Shown: positions 18,676 to 28,331, counted from the stretch's first letter. The stretch is 64,000 nucleotides of DNA from Longimicrobiales bacterium (GCA_965204275.1 CBDBEC010000002.1:1981489-2045488); one strand, 5' to 3'. The notes: generated by a model from the letters alone, not told the origin. Program-made: numbers and translations.

Positions 18676-19479
18676 TCAGGACGGGCGCGCGCCCGGTATC
18701 GAATCCGGCTTCGGCGCCACCGAATCCTCCGGAAGGACAGGCTCCGCCGGGGCGGCGGGCGGCGGCACGTGGACAGCCTCGCGCAGCTCGACGGCGATGA
18801 TCGTCCCCGCCATGATCAGTCCCGGCACCTCGGTCACCGCGGCCACCCGGCCCGAGGCCGACCGTCGTGCCCGCGCGGCCGCCGGATCCAGGACCACGGG
18901 CGTGTTGACGACGACGCCTTCCACCGGCCGCTCCCAGGTGTAGGCCGACAGCGTCTCGAAGGCGATCTCCAGCACCGGAATCTCACCGGGCCCGCCGGAG
19001 CCCACCGACGCCTCGACGCGCCCGAGCAGCCTCACCCCCTGTGGGAGGAGACGCTCCCCGCCCGGACCGCGAACGTCGTGGATGACAGTCGTGATCACCG
19101 GGTCGTTCACCCGGTAGTCCGCCGTTGAGATATCCTCGTCGGCCACGACGTTGACGCGGGTGCCGGCGGGGATCCGCATGAAGGGGCCGGGTTCGGCGGT
19201 GACGGCTCCGGCAGTATCGTTCGTCTCCATCCCGCCGGGGTCGGCCGACTCACCCGGTGCGACGCCCTCCGGGTCCCCCTCCGCTCCCTGGTCGTCCTCG
19301 CCGCCACCGGGGAGGACACCATCGGCGTCTCCGGGAGCCGGTGGGGCATCCCCCCCTGTCGCCGAGTCCCCCGTCGCCGCGCCATCCGCGGTCGATTCCG
19401 CGTTCCCGCCGCAGGCCGCGGCAAGCAGCAGGCAGAGGACCGGCGCGAGCAGTCCCCGCCGGCGCTGTGTTGTCGCCAT
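18676..19479 (-). CDS. hypothetical lipoprotein with low-complexity N-terminal linker
   Basis: Lipobox LLLAAACGG followed by a Gly/Asp/Ala/Pro-rich linker and a ~170-aa globular part. No family recognised. Confidence 0.6.
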   Translation of the reverse strand: MATTQRRRGLLAPVLCLLLAAACGGNAESTADGAATGDSATGGDAPPAPGDADGVLPGGGEDDQGAEGDPEGVAPGESADPGGMETNDTAGAVTAEPGPFMRIPAGTRVNVVADEDISTADYRVNDPVITTVIHDVRGPGGERLLPQGVRLLGRVEASVGSGGPGEIPVLEIAFETLSAYTWERPVEGVVVNTPVVLDPAAARARRSASGRVAAVTEVPGLIMAGTIIAVELREAVHVPPPAAPAEPVLPEDSVAPKPDSIPGARPS

Positions 19480-19619
19480 CCCGGTGCCCTCCTTGGACCG
19501 GCCGGCCCGGACGCGCCATCGCGTTCGCCGCCGGCCTCCTTAATATACAGGCCGGGACGCGCGCGCCGCGCACGCACCCGGCCCGGCCCCACCGACCCCC
19601 CCGGACCGCCGACCCGGCC

Positions 19620-21461
19620 ATGGACCAGCTCAAGACCGTTCTGCCCTACTTCCGCCCCTACCGCGCGCCGATGATCTGGGGCCTGGTCCTGGTGATCGTC
19701 GCCAACGCCTTCTCCCTGGCGAGCCCCTACCTCCTCAAGCTGCCCATCGACGCCCTCACCGCCGGCGCCGGCTCCGGCGCGGACCCGGACGGCACCCGCC
19801 GGACGATCCTCACCTTCGCCCTCCTCATCGTGGGCGCGGCTGTTCTGGGCAACGCCGCCCGCTACGGGATGCGGGAGATCCTCAACGGCCTCAGCCGCCG
19901 CATCGAGGTGGACCTGCGCAACGACTTCCTGCGCCACCTGCTGCGTCTCGACGCCGGCTTCCACGGCCGCACCCGCACCGGCGACCTCATGAGCCTGGCC
20001 ACAAACGACACCCTGGCCGTGCGCCAGGCGGTGGGGCCGGCGGTCATGTACTCGGTTAACACCCTGGTCAACTTCGCCTTCGGGCTGGGCGTGATGATCT
20101 GGATCAGCCCCCGGCTCACCCTGGCGGCGCTCCTGCCGCTGGCGCTGCTTCCCCCCGTGGTCCTCTGGTTCGGCCGCGCCATCCATACGCGCTTCGAGCG
20201 CATCCAGGAGCAGTTCGCGGCGCTCTCGACGATGGTGCAGGAGAATCTGGCGGGGGTTCGCATCGTGCGGGCCTACGGGCAGGAGACCGCGCAGGAGCGC
20301 GAGTTCGACGCCTTCAACCGCGAGTACGTCAGGCGCAACATGCACCTCGCGTACGTCTCGGGCGCCTTCCATCCGATCATGGGCCTGCTGACCGGCGCGG
20401 GCATGGTGGTGGTGCTCTGGTACGGGGGCCGGCTGGTCATGTCCGGCGCGATCACCACGGGCGACTTCGTGGCCTTCTCCTTCTACCTGGTTCTCCTCGG
20501 CTGGCCGATGATCGCCCTGGGCTGGGTGGTCAACCTCTTCCAGCGCGGCGCCGCGTCGATGGGCCGCATCAACCGGATCATGGCGACCGAGCCCGCCATC
20601 GCGCCGCCCGCCGCACCGCATCCGCCGCCCACGGGCGCCGCGGCCATAGAGTTTCGCAACGTTTGTTTCCGTTACCCCGGCAGGGGTGGGGAGGGGGAAG
20701 AGAAGGCGGGCGGCGACGCGGAAACGTCCGTGCCGGAGCCGGATCACCTGGTCCTCGAGGACATCTCCTTCACCGCCGAGCCCGGCCGCACCGTCGCCAT
20801 CGTGGGCCCCACCGGCTCCGGCAAGAGCACACTCGTCTCGCTCATCGCGCGCGTCCACGACCCCACCTCCGGCGCGGTGCTGCTGGACGGCGTCCCGCTG
20901 CACGAATACGACCCGGCCGACATCCGCGGCCGCGTAGGCTTCGCCCCCCAGGACGGCTTCCTCTTCTCGGCCCGGCTCGGCCTCAACATCGGACTCGGCG
21001 TCCACGCGTCCCTGCCCGCGGACGAACGCAAGCGGCGCATCCGGGACGCCGCCGCGGCCGCCGACCTGCACGAAACCGCCGAGGGGTTCCCCGACGGCTA
21101 CCGAACCCGGCTCGGCGAGCGCGGCATCAATCTGTCGGGCGGGCAGAAGCAGCGGGCCACGCTCGCGCGGGCGCTGGCCATCGAACCCGCCGTCCTGGTT
21201 CTGGACGACGTGCTCAGCGCCGTCGACACGGCCACCGAATCACGCATTCTGCAGGGCCTGCGGCGCGAGTTCCGGGGCCGCACCGCGTTCATCATCTCGC
21301 ATCGGGTCACCGCCGTGAAGGACGCGGACCTCATCCTGGTGCTCGACGGCGGGCGGATCGTGGAGCGGGGGCGTCACGAGGAGCTGCTCACGCGGCGGGG
21401 AACCTACGCCTCGCTGCTCAGGAGGCAGTTGCTGGAGCAGGATCTGGCGGGGGCGGCCTGA
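19620..21461 (+). CDS. ABC transporter ATP-binding/permease (MsbA/MdlB-like exporter)
   Basis: Six-TM N-terminal half. Walker A GPTGSGKST, signature LSGGQKQR, Walker B VLVLDD. Start set at MDQLKTVLPYFRPY inside a longer ORF. Confidence 0.85.
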   Translation: MDQLKTVLPYFRPYRAPMIWGLVLVIVANAFSLASPYLLKLPIDALTAGAGSGADPDGTRRTILTFALLIVGAAVLGNAARYGMREILNGLSRRIEVDLRNDFLRHLLRLDAGFHGRTRTGDLMSLATNDTLAVRQAVGPAVMYSVNTLVNFAFGLGVMIWISPRLTLAALLPLALLPPVVLWFGRAIHTRFERIQEQFAALSTMVQENLAGVRIVRAYGQETAQEREFDAFNREYVRRNMHLAYVSGAFHPIMGLLTGAGMVVVLWYGGRLVMSGAITTGDFVAFSFYLVLLGWPMIALGWVVNLFQRGAASMGRINRIMATEPAIAPPAAPHPPPTGAAAIEFRNVCFRYPGRGGEGEEKAGGDAETSVPEPDHLVLEDISFTAEPGRTVAIVGPTGSGKSTLVSLIARVHDPTSGAVLLDGVPLHEYDPADIRGRVGFAPQDGFLFSARLGLNIGLGVHASLPADERKRRIRDAAAAADLHETAEGFPDGYRTRLGERGINLSGGQKQRATLARALAIEPAVLVLDDVLSAVDTATESRILQGLRREFRGRTAFIISHRVTAVKDADLILVLDGGRIVERGRHEELLTRRGTYASLLRRQLLEQDLAGAA

Positions 21462-21506
21462 GGCTACACAACTACACACTACACATCGCCTTCGAGCCCC
21501 CCCCGG

Positions 21507-22085
21507 CTACCACCAATCCGGCTCGTTGCCCAGCTTCCACTTGATGTTGCATCCGATGCTCGGCAACTGCATCGGCGACGGCTCCTCTCCCGCCAGCACG
21601 GCACCCATCGCGGCGCGCAGATCCCGCCCGGTCACGATTTCCTCGGATCCCGGCCGGCTCGAATCGAACTGCCCGCGGTACACCAGGCGGCGGTCCGCGT
21701 CGAACAGGAAGAAGTCCGGCGTGCACGCCGCGCGGTACGCCTTCGCCACCTCCTGGGTCTCGTCGAAGAGGTAGGGGAAGGTGTAGCCGCGCCACTCCAC
21801 CTCGCCCTTCATGTTCTCGGTGTCGTCTTCCGGATGGGTCGTCGTGTCGTTCGAGTTGATCCCCACCACCGCCGCTCCGTCCGTCCGGAAGCCGCCGGCC
21901 ACCGCGGCGAAGTGGTCGGCGATGTGCTTGACGTACGGGCAGTGGTTGCACAGGAAGGCCACGAGCAGCGCCGGCGCGCCGTCGAAGTCGGAGAGCGAGA
22001 CGATCCGGCCGGTGTGGGGCTCGGGGAGCGAGAAGCCGGGGGCGGGGGTGCCCAGCGGGAGCATTGTCGAGGGAACCAGGACCAT
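21507..22085 (-). CDS. thioredoxin-fold (redoxin/AhpC-TSA-like) protein
   Basis: CNHCPY redox motif. AGGAGA SD 8 nt upstream of the ATG. Confidence 0.8.
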   Translation of the reverse strand: MVLVPSTMLPLGTPAPGFSLPEPHTGRIVSLSDFDGAPALLVAFLCNHCPYVKHIADHFAAVAGGFRTDGAAVVGINSNDTTTHPEDDTENMKGEVEWRGYTFPYLFDETQEVAKAYRAACTPDFFLFDADRRLVYRGQFDSSRPGSEEIVTGRDLRAAMGAVLAGEEPSPMQLPSIGCNIKWKLGNEPDWW

Positions 22086-22101
22086 TCGCGGCGGTCTCCT
22101 C

Positions 22102-22349
22102 AGCAGTCCGCGGATAAGGCCACCCGAGCACCGGGAGCGGCGAGGCGCCGGGCTGGCAAGGCGCGACGAGAGGGCGGTAGCAGCGCTACCGGCCCGAGGA
22201 GAAACGCAGAGCGAAGCCTTGATGAGGAAGAGAGTATGTCAGGCATGACAAATCGTAACGTCGCCTTTGCAGTGTGACCAGACGGGGCGAAGCGGCCAGC
22301 ACGGATGCATCGTCGCTCGAATGCCGGGGGGTCTTGTCCGCGGGCTGCT
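22102..22349 (-). mobile_element. 248-bp MITE-like element, copy A (intact), between ccdA and the thioredoxin-like gene
   Basis: Imperfect terminal inverted repeats AGCAGCCCGCGGACAAGACC / AGCAGTCCGCGGATAAGGCC (17/20). Homologous end to end with the split copy 32194-32397 + 42721-42765. Confidence 0.7.
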
Positions 22350-22386
22350 TCAGTTGATTGTCGGCGGGAATCCAGGCGGAGGCCGA

Positions 22387-23166
22387 CTACAACCGCTCCA
22401 CCAGGAATTCGGGGGCGAAGCGGTTCAGCCAGGAGGCCAGGATCACGAACGAGCCCGTGACGAGCAGGAGCCCCAGGACGACAAGCAGCGCGCCCGCGAC
22501 CTTCTGCACCGCGGGAAGGAACCGGCGGAAGCGGGAGAAGGCGTGCAGGAAGCGTTCGAGCGCCACGGCCGCCAGCATGAACGGCACCGCCAACCCCATG
22601 GAGTAGACGAAGAGCAGGAGCATCCCCGTCCCGACGTGCTCCTGCGAGGCCGCCATCGTCATGATCGCACCCAGCACCGGGCCGATGCACGGCGTCCACC
22701 CCGCGCCGAAGGCGGCGCCCACCGCGAGGGTGCCGGCGTACCCGGCCGGCTTGTCCGCCAGGTGGACCCGCTTCTCGCTCAGCAGGGGCAGGAGCTGGAA
22801 GACTCCCATCAGGTGCAGCCCGAAGAGGATGATGATCACGCCCCCGACCCGCGCGATCCACTCGCTGTTGTAGAGCAGAAGGGCACCCACGTAGGTCGCC
22901 CCGGCGCCCAGCAGGACGAAGATCAGGGTGAAGCCGATCACGAAGAGGCCCGAATGGAGCAGCACGCGGCGCCGCTCGATGCCCTCCTGCATGTCCTCGA
23001 GCGACATGCCCGTCACGAAGGACAGGTAGCTCGGCACGAGCGGGAGGACGCAGGGGGACAGGAAGGAGAGCAGACCCGCCATCAGGGCAATGGGGAAGCC
23101 GACGGATTCGGTCAAGGTCGGGGGGGCTCGGGCGAGGAGGCATGGGTGTGGGTGACCGAACCACAC
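22387..23166 (-). CDS. ccdA: cytochrome c biogenesis thiol:disulfide transfer protein CcdA (DsbD-like membrane domain)
   Basis: LSFLSPCVLPLVPSYLSFVTG and GWTPCIGPVLGAI motifs. Start uncertain. Confidence 0.8.
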   Translation of the reverse strand: MWFGHPHPCLLARAPPTLTESVGFPIALMAGLLSFLSPCVLPLVPSYLSFVTGMSLEDMQEGIERRRVLLHSGLFVIGFTLIFVLLGAGATYVGALLLYNSEWIARVGGVIIILFGLHLMGVFQLLPLLSEKRVHLADKPAGYAGTLAVGAAFGAGWTPCIGPVLGAIMTMAASQEHVGTGMLLLFVYSMGLAVPFMLAAVALERFLHAFSRFRRFLPAVQKVAGALLVVLGLLLVTGSFVILASWLNRFAPEFLVERL

Positions 23167-23252
23167 TCGCGGGTCGCGCCGCCAACCGCAACCGCGGCGG
23201 GCCGCGCTCCTGCGTCATCGCGGTTCCGGGTCCGGGGTGGCGACGGCTCGGG

Positions 23253-26200
23253 TCAGGACGGACCCATCCCCACCCGCTCCACCGCCAGCGTTCGCGTCAG
23301 CTCGCGGTCCCCGATCTTCACACTCACCGTGTAGGTCCCCGACTCCACCAGGTCACCCTGCCCCCCACCCCCGCCCCGCCTCCGGAACAGCCCGCCCATC
23401 CCCACACCCGGGCGGACCAGTTCGGCGAGTTCCCGCATCCGGTTGAAGCTGGGCATGCCTCCACCGCCCCCACGCCCCCCTCCGCCACGCGTCGACTCAC
23501 CCGGACGCTCCCGGAAGGCCTCCGGGTCCCTGCTCTGGCCCCCACCACCCCCGAAACCGCGCCCGAACCCCCCGAACACGGCCTGCGGAGTGCTCTCGCC
23601 CGTGAACAGCCCGACCAGCCGGCGGAGCGGCGCCTCGTCCCATCCCGCTTCGATCAGCGAGTCGGCCACGAAGCGCGCCCGTTCGGCCACCTCGATGCTG
23701 TCGCGGCGCTCTGACGGCGAAAGCGGCTCGGGCGGCGGCGCGGGACCACGCATGTTCCAGGTAACGGTGTGGAGCCCGGCCCCGGCGGGACCGCGCAGCG
23801 TCCGCACCTCTTCGCCCGCCGCATCGGTGACCGTTATCTCGACCCGGGGCCCGAGTCGGCGCGGCGGACCCGCCGGCCGCTCACCCGCCGGCCGGGCACC
23901 CGCCTCCCCCCGCCCAGCCCCCCGCCCGGCATCCCCCTCGCCTTCGGCCTGCTCTTCCTCCTCCTCTTCCTCCTCGGCCGCGGCCACCAGCGCCTCCGCC
24001 ACCTCTTCGCCGATGTAGTATCGGATCCGCGCGCTCGTTCCCGGCGTCGGCCGCGAGAACCACGCCTGTCCGTACGCCTCCCCGCCCCTGGCCTCCTCGC
24101 CGAACTGAAACGCAGGCGCGGGCTCGAAGGCCGCCGCCCCGTCCGCCAGCACCTGTGCCGTCAGTTCCTGGAGCGGCGCGATGTCGACGATCCAGATCGA
24201 GCGCCCGTGCGTCCCCGCGATCAGTTCGCGGTCGCGCGGGTGGATCTCCAGGTCGTGCACCGGCGCCGTCGGCAGGCTCTCCATGAAGCGCCGCCACGAC
24301 GCGCCGCGGTCCAGCGAGGCGTACACGCCCACGTCGGTCCCCACGAAGAGCAGGTTCTCGCTCAGCGGGTCCTCGCGGACGACGTGCACGAAGTCCGGGG
24401 CGCCGGTGGGGAGCCCGGCCGCGATGGAGCGGAAGGAGTGCCCACCATCGTCGGAGACGTACACATACGGCGTGAAGTCGTTGGTGCGGTGGCCGTCGAA
24501 GGAGACGTAGACGCGTTCGGCGTCGTGGCGCGAAGGCTCCAGGCGGCTCACGTAGGTGCCCGCGGGGACCCCCCCGAACCGGTCGGTCAGCTCGATCCAC
24601 TCGCCGCCGTCGTTCGGCGACATCCAGACCCGCCCGTCGTCGGTCCCGGCATAGAGCAGGCCCCGCACCAGCGGCGACTCGGCCAGCGCGGTGATCGTGG
24701 CGTGCGTTTCGGCGCCGGTCACGTCGGGGGTGATGCCACCGGTGGTGCGCGTGCTCACCTCGATCTTCTCCGGGTCGGCGTATGAGAGGTCCGGGGAGAT
24801 GATCCGCAGGTCGTCGCCGAAATCGGTGCTCTTGACAACACGGTTACCAGCAGCGTAGAAGTGGGTACGGTCGTGCACCGACTGAAAGAACGGGGTGTTC
24901 CAGTTCCAGCGCATGATGTGGCTGAGAGAGTCCGCGGCCGCCTGTTCGCGAAGCGCCCCGATCTGCGGATCGTCTTCGGCCATGCCGCCTTCGAGGAGCA
25001 GCACGATGCTGTCCTGCAGCGGGCGCCAGGCGTCCTCCCACCCCGGCCTGCGGAGCGAAGCCGACTCGCGCGTGGCCAGATTGAGCCGCCGCATGTTGCC
25101 GCCCTGCGACTCGGCCCACACCAGGTTAGGGTCCTCCGGATCCTGCGCGGTCACGAAGCCGTCGCCGCCGCTGATGTTCCCCCAGTGGTACTTCGAGATA
25201 GAGCCTCTCGATAAACGACTGGGGCCGCACCATGTTCCGTTGTCCTGCAACCCGCCGCACACCCGGTACGGCTTCTCCATGTTGTACGAGACGTCGTAGA
25301 ACTGCCCCACCGCCATCGTGTTCAGGTAGCGCCAGTTGCCGCCCCTGTCGTATGTGATCGCCGCGCCGCCGTCGTTGCCCACCACGATCCGCTCCGGGTC
25401 CACCGGATCGATCCACATCGCGTGGTGGTCGACGTGGATTCCGACGGTCGTGGACCCGACGGTGCGCCCGCCGTCGTCCGAGAACAGCACGGGGGTGGAC
25501 GAGAAGTAGACGCGGTCGGGGTCCTGCGGGTCCACCCGCACCTGCGAGTAGTAGAAGGGACGCGTGTTGGCGTCGTTGACCTTCTCCCAGGTCTCGCCGC
25601 CGTCCTCGGAGCGATAGAGGCCGTTGCCACCGGAGGCGCGTTCCCTCTGCACGGCTTCGGCTTCCTCACCCGCCTCCGCTTCCTCACCCGCCTCGGTGTC
25701 GCCCGCCTCGCCGGCCTCAGCTCCCTCCTCCTTCCCGGCTTCCGCCCCCTTCCTGGCTCCGGCTCCCTCGCCAGCCTCGGTCTCCTCCTTCTCGGCTCCC
25801 TCCTCGCCCTCGGCTTCGTCCTCCTCCGCTTCCTCCTCGACCTCCTCCTCCTCTTCGGCCTCGACCATCGCGTACATGATCTCGGGGTCGCTCTCGCTGA
25901 TCGCAATCCCGATCCGTCCCTTCATCGCCGTCGGGAACCCGTTCCCGGCAACCTCGGTCCAGGTCGTCCCGCCGTCGGTCGACTTCCAGAGCGCGCTCCC
26001 CGGTCCCCCGCTGTTCAGGAACCAGGGGCCGCGCACCCGCTCCCAGCTGGCCGCGAACAGCGTGTTCGGATCGCCGGGCTTGAAGGCCACATCCACGAAC
26101 CCGGCCTTGTCGCTGATGAACTTGACCAGCTCCCAGCTGTCGCCGCCGTCGGTGGTGCGGTAGAGGCCGCGCTCCGGGTTCGACCCCCAGATGTGGCCCA

Positions 26201-26735
26201 GCGCCGCCACGAAGACGATGTCCGGGTCCTCCGGGTGAACCACCACGCGCCCGATGACCTGGGTCCCGCGGAGCCCCTTGAACTCCCAGCTGTCGCCCCC
26301 GTCGGTGGACTTGAAGATCCCGCCTCCCGGCGAGATCGAGTTGCGCGAGTCCTCCTCGCCGGTCCCTGCCCAGATCCGGCTGGGATCGCCGGGCGCGATC
26401 GCCAGGTCGCCCATCGACACGACCCGCGGGTCGTTGAAGACGGAGCGGAAGGTGATGCCGTTGTTGGTGGTCTTCCAGATCCCGCCCGCGGCGGCCGCCA
26501 CGTAGAAGGTCTTCGACGGGCTCGGCAGGCCCTCGACGTCGGTGACGCGCCCGCCCATGTTGACCGGGCCGACGGAGCGCCAGCGGAAGGTCTCCCAGAC
26601 CGCGTCGGGGACCTGTTCGGTGAGCTGGGCCGACGCGGCTAACGGGGCCGCCGCGGTGAACGCCGTGACGGCGAGGCGGAGGGCACGGGTGGGAGCGGAA
26701 CGGAGCGCACTGCGGATCATGAGGTTCTCCGGCAA
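23253..26735 (-). CDS. secreted sortilin/VPS10-like BNR(Asp-box)-repeat protein (1160 aa) with acidic low-complexity inserts
   Basis: Signal peptide. Repeated S/TxDGGxxW Asp-boxes (STDGGDSWE, TTDGGDSWE, STDGGTTWT, SEDGGETWE). Glu-rich insert at aa ~292-361. Confidence 0.8.
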   Translation of the reverse strand: MPENLMIRSALRSAPTRALRLAVTAFTAAAPLAASAQLTEQVPDAVWETFRWRSVGPVNMGGRVTDVEGLPSPSKTFYVAAAAGGIWKTTNNGITFRSVFNDPRVVSMGDLAIAPGDPSRIWAGTGEEDSRNSISPGGGIFKSTDGGDSWEFKGLRGTQVIGRVVVHPEDPDIVFVAALGHIWGSNPERGLYRTTDGGDSWELVKFISDKAGFVDVAFKPGDPNTLFAASWERVRGPWFLNSGGPGSALWKSTDGGTTWTEVAGNGFPTAMKGRIGIAISESDPEIMYAMVEAEEEEEVEEEAEEDEAEGEEGAEKEETEAGEGAGARKGAEAGKEEGAEAGEAGDTEAGEEAEAGEEAEAVQRERASGGNGLYRSEDGGETWEKVNDANTRPFYYSQVRVDPQDPDRVYFSSTPVLFSDDGGRTVGSTTVGIHVDHHAMWIDPVDPERIVVGNDGGAAITYDRGGNWRYLNTMAVGQFYDVSYNMEKPYRVCGGLQDNGTWCGPSRLSRGSISKYHWGNISGGDGFVTAQDPEDPNLVWAESQGGNMRRLNLATRESASLRRPGWEDAWRPLQDSIVLLLEGGMAEDDPQIGALREQAAADSLSHIMRWNWNTPFFQSVHDRTHFYAAGNRVVKSTDFGDDLRIISPDLSYADPEKIEVSTRTTGGITPDVTGAETHATITALAESPLVRGLLYAGTDDGRVWMSPNDGGEWIELTDRFGGVPAGTYVSRLEPSRHDAERVYVSFDGHRTNDFTPYVYVSDDGGHSFRSIAAGLPTGAPDFVHVVREDPLSENLLFVGTDVGVYASLDRGASWRRFMESLPTAPVHDLEIHPRDRELIAGTHGRSIWIVDIAPLQELTAQVLADGAAAFEPAPAFQFGEEARGGEAYGQAWFSRPTPGTSARIRYYIGEEVAEALVAAAEEEEEEEEQAEGEGDAGRGAGRGEAGARPAGERPAGPPRRLGPRVEITVTDAAGEEVRTLRGPAGAGLHTVTWNMRGPAPPPEPLSPSERRDSIEVAERARFVADSLIEAGWDEAPLRRLVGLFTGESTPQAVFGGFGRGFGGGGGQSRDPEAFRERPGESTRGGGGRGGGGGMPSFNRMRELAELVRPGVGMGGLFRRRGGGGGQGDLVESGTYTVSVKIGDRELTRTLAVERVGMGPS

Positions 26736-26799
26736 GGGTTTGGAACGTCGGTGCTACCCGAGGACACCCGAAGCGAGGACCGCGTTGGGGCAGCGACAG

Positions 26800-27771
26800 T
26801 CAGCGGTGCCCGGAGCGGTCGCTCCAGTAGCCGATCATCCTGCAGATGAGCTTGGCCACCAGGAAGTCCGGCGCCGCCAACCCGGGTATCGGTGCGTGCT
26901 CCACGACGTCGGCGCCCACGACCCGCCGTTCGCCGAAGACCCGCCGGAGCAGGGCCAGCGCCGTGGGCCAGTCCCCGCCGCCCGGCTCGGGTGTCCCGGT
27001 GGAGGGCACCAGCGAGGGGTCGAAGAAGTCGACGTCGAAGGTTATGTAGACGGTCCGGCCGAGCGCCGCGAGGGCGCGCCCCATCCAGTCCCCGCCGGCC
27101 ATCTCCTCCGCCGTGACGGCGGTGACGTTGGCGCGGTCCCGCACGACATCCCACTCCGCGGCACTGATCCCGCGCGCACCGACGGCAACCAGGTCCACAT
27201 GCTCGACGACCCGTCCCATGGCGCACGCGTGCGAAAAGGGGCTGCCGTCCAGCTCCGCGCGCAGGTCGAGGTGGGCGTCGAACTGGAGCACGCTCAGCCG
27301 CCCGGGGTGGCGGCGCGCGTGTGCCAGGATCGCGGGGGCCGAGACGGAGTGCTCACCGCCGATCGTGATCACGCGTCTGGCGCCCGCCGCGTCGAGGACG
27401 CGGGTCATGGCGTCCTCGAGTTCGGCCATGGCGCGGGCCGCGTCGCCGCGCGGGAGTTCCAGGGCGGGAAAGGTGTAGACGCCTTCCCGGGAGGGATCGC
27501 GGTCCAGCTCGTGGTCGTAGAGCTCGACGTAGCGCGAGGCGTCGATGATGGCGCGGGGCCCGTGGCGCGTCCCCGGGCCCCAGCTGGTGGTGGCTTCGTA
27601 GGGCACGGGCAGGATCCAGGTGGCCGCGCCGTCCGGGGTGGCCCCGGCGCCGTCCAGTCCCAGAAAGACCCGCGGGAGCTCCCAGGGAAGCCGTTCCAGC
27701 CCGGCGGGCAGGGTATGGATGGTGCCGGCGCCCCCGCGCGCGAGATCCTCGGGGTCCCTCCGGTTGGGCAT
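26800..27771 (-). CDS. speB: agmatinase (arginase/ureohydrolase family)
   Basis: Metal-binding motifs GGEHS, DAHLDLR, ITFDVDFFDPS. Confidence 0.85.
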   Translation of the reverse strand: MPNRRDPEDLARGGAGTIHTLPAGLERLPWELPRVFLGLDGAGATPDGAATWILPVPYEATTSWGPGTRHGPRAIIDASRYVELYDHELDRDPSREGVYTFPALELPRGDAARAMAELEDAMTRVLDAAGARRVITIGGEHSVSAPAILAHARRHPGRLSVLQFDAHLDLRAELDGSPFSHACAMGRVVEHVDLVAVGARGISAAEWDVVRDRANVTAVTAEEMAGGDWMGRALAALGRTVYITFDVDFFDPSLVPSTGTPEPGGGDWPTALALLRRVFGERRVVGADVVEHAPIPGLAAPDFLVAKLICRMIGYWSDRSGHR

Positions 27772-27787
27772 CGGAGCGGCCCGGTGC

Positions 27788-28291
27788 TCAGGTGGTCTCG
27801 ATGGGGCAGGTGAGGCCGCGGGAGGGAACCTCCGCGCCCGACTCCTGGCTGGCGCGGCTCAGGCCGAAGATGACCAGCTTGTGATGCGTGGGGCGGAAGC
27901 CGTGCCGGGCGGCGGTTTCCTCGACGATGCGGGTGAGTTCCTCGTTGCGGAACTCGATCACCTCGCCGCTCTCCGTGCATACCAGGTGGTGGTGCACCGG
28001 GTCCTTCGACAGGCGGTGCTCGTAGCGGCGGAAGCCCTCGCCGAAGTCGTGCTCCTCGACCAGCCCGCTCCGGACCAGCAGGTCGAGGGTCCGGTAGATC
28101 GTCGCCTTGCCCAGGCGCAGGTCCTTATCCCGCAGCACCGCCTCCAGATCCTCGACCGATTGGTGGCGCGGAGAGGAAAACACGGCCTCGGCCACGGCCA
28201 CCCGCTGCTGCGTGACGGGCAGCCCCTGTTCACGCAGGTAACGGCCGAAGATCGCCAGGTAGGGCTCGATGTCGGCGGGACCGAACTTCAT
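27788..28291 (-). CDS. Fur-family transcriptional regulator
   Basis: wHTH ...GKATIYRTLDLLVRSGLV..., HHHLVC and the overall 167-aa length fit Fur/Zur/PerR. Start ATG at 28291 chosen inside a longer ORF. Confidence 0.85.
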   Translation of the reverse strand: MKFGPADIEPYLAIFGRYLREQGLPVTQQRVAVAEAVFSSPRHQSVEDLEAVLRDKDLRLGKATIYRTLDLLVRSGLVEEHDFGEGFRRYEHRLSKDPVHHHLVCTESGEVIEFRNEELTRIVEETAARHGFRPTHHKLVIFGLSRASQESGAEVPSRGLTCPIETT

Positions 28292-28331
28292 CGCCGCTCG
28301 AATGCCGGGGGGATTTTGTTCACGCGCTGCT
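28289..28331 (-). repeat. solo MITE left-end homolog filling the spacer upstream of the Fur-family gene
   Basis: The minus strand reads AGCAGCGCGTGAACAAAATCCCCCCGGCATTCGAGCGGCGATG. MITE B reads AGCAGCCCGTGGAAAAACCCTCACGGCATTCGAGCGGCGATG and MITE A reads AGCAGCCCGCGGACAAGACCCCCCGGCATTCGAGCGACGATG. Confidence 0.6.

Noticed and set aside
21464-21485. Microrepeat (CTACACA)x3 between the convergent ABC-transporter and thioredoxin-like genes
   Set aside because: It has three short units only, with no spacers and no further periodicity. It is not a CRISPR array and is most likely a trivial slippage repeat in a terminator-less convergent gap.
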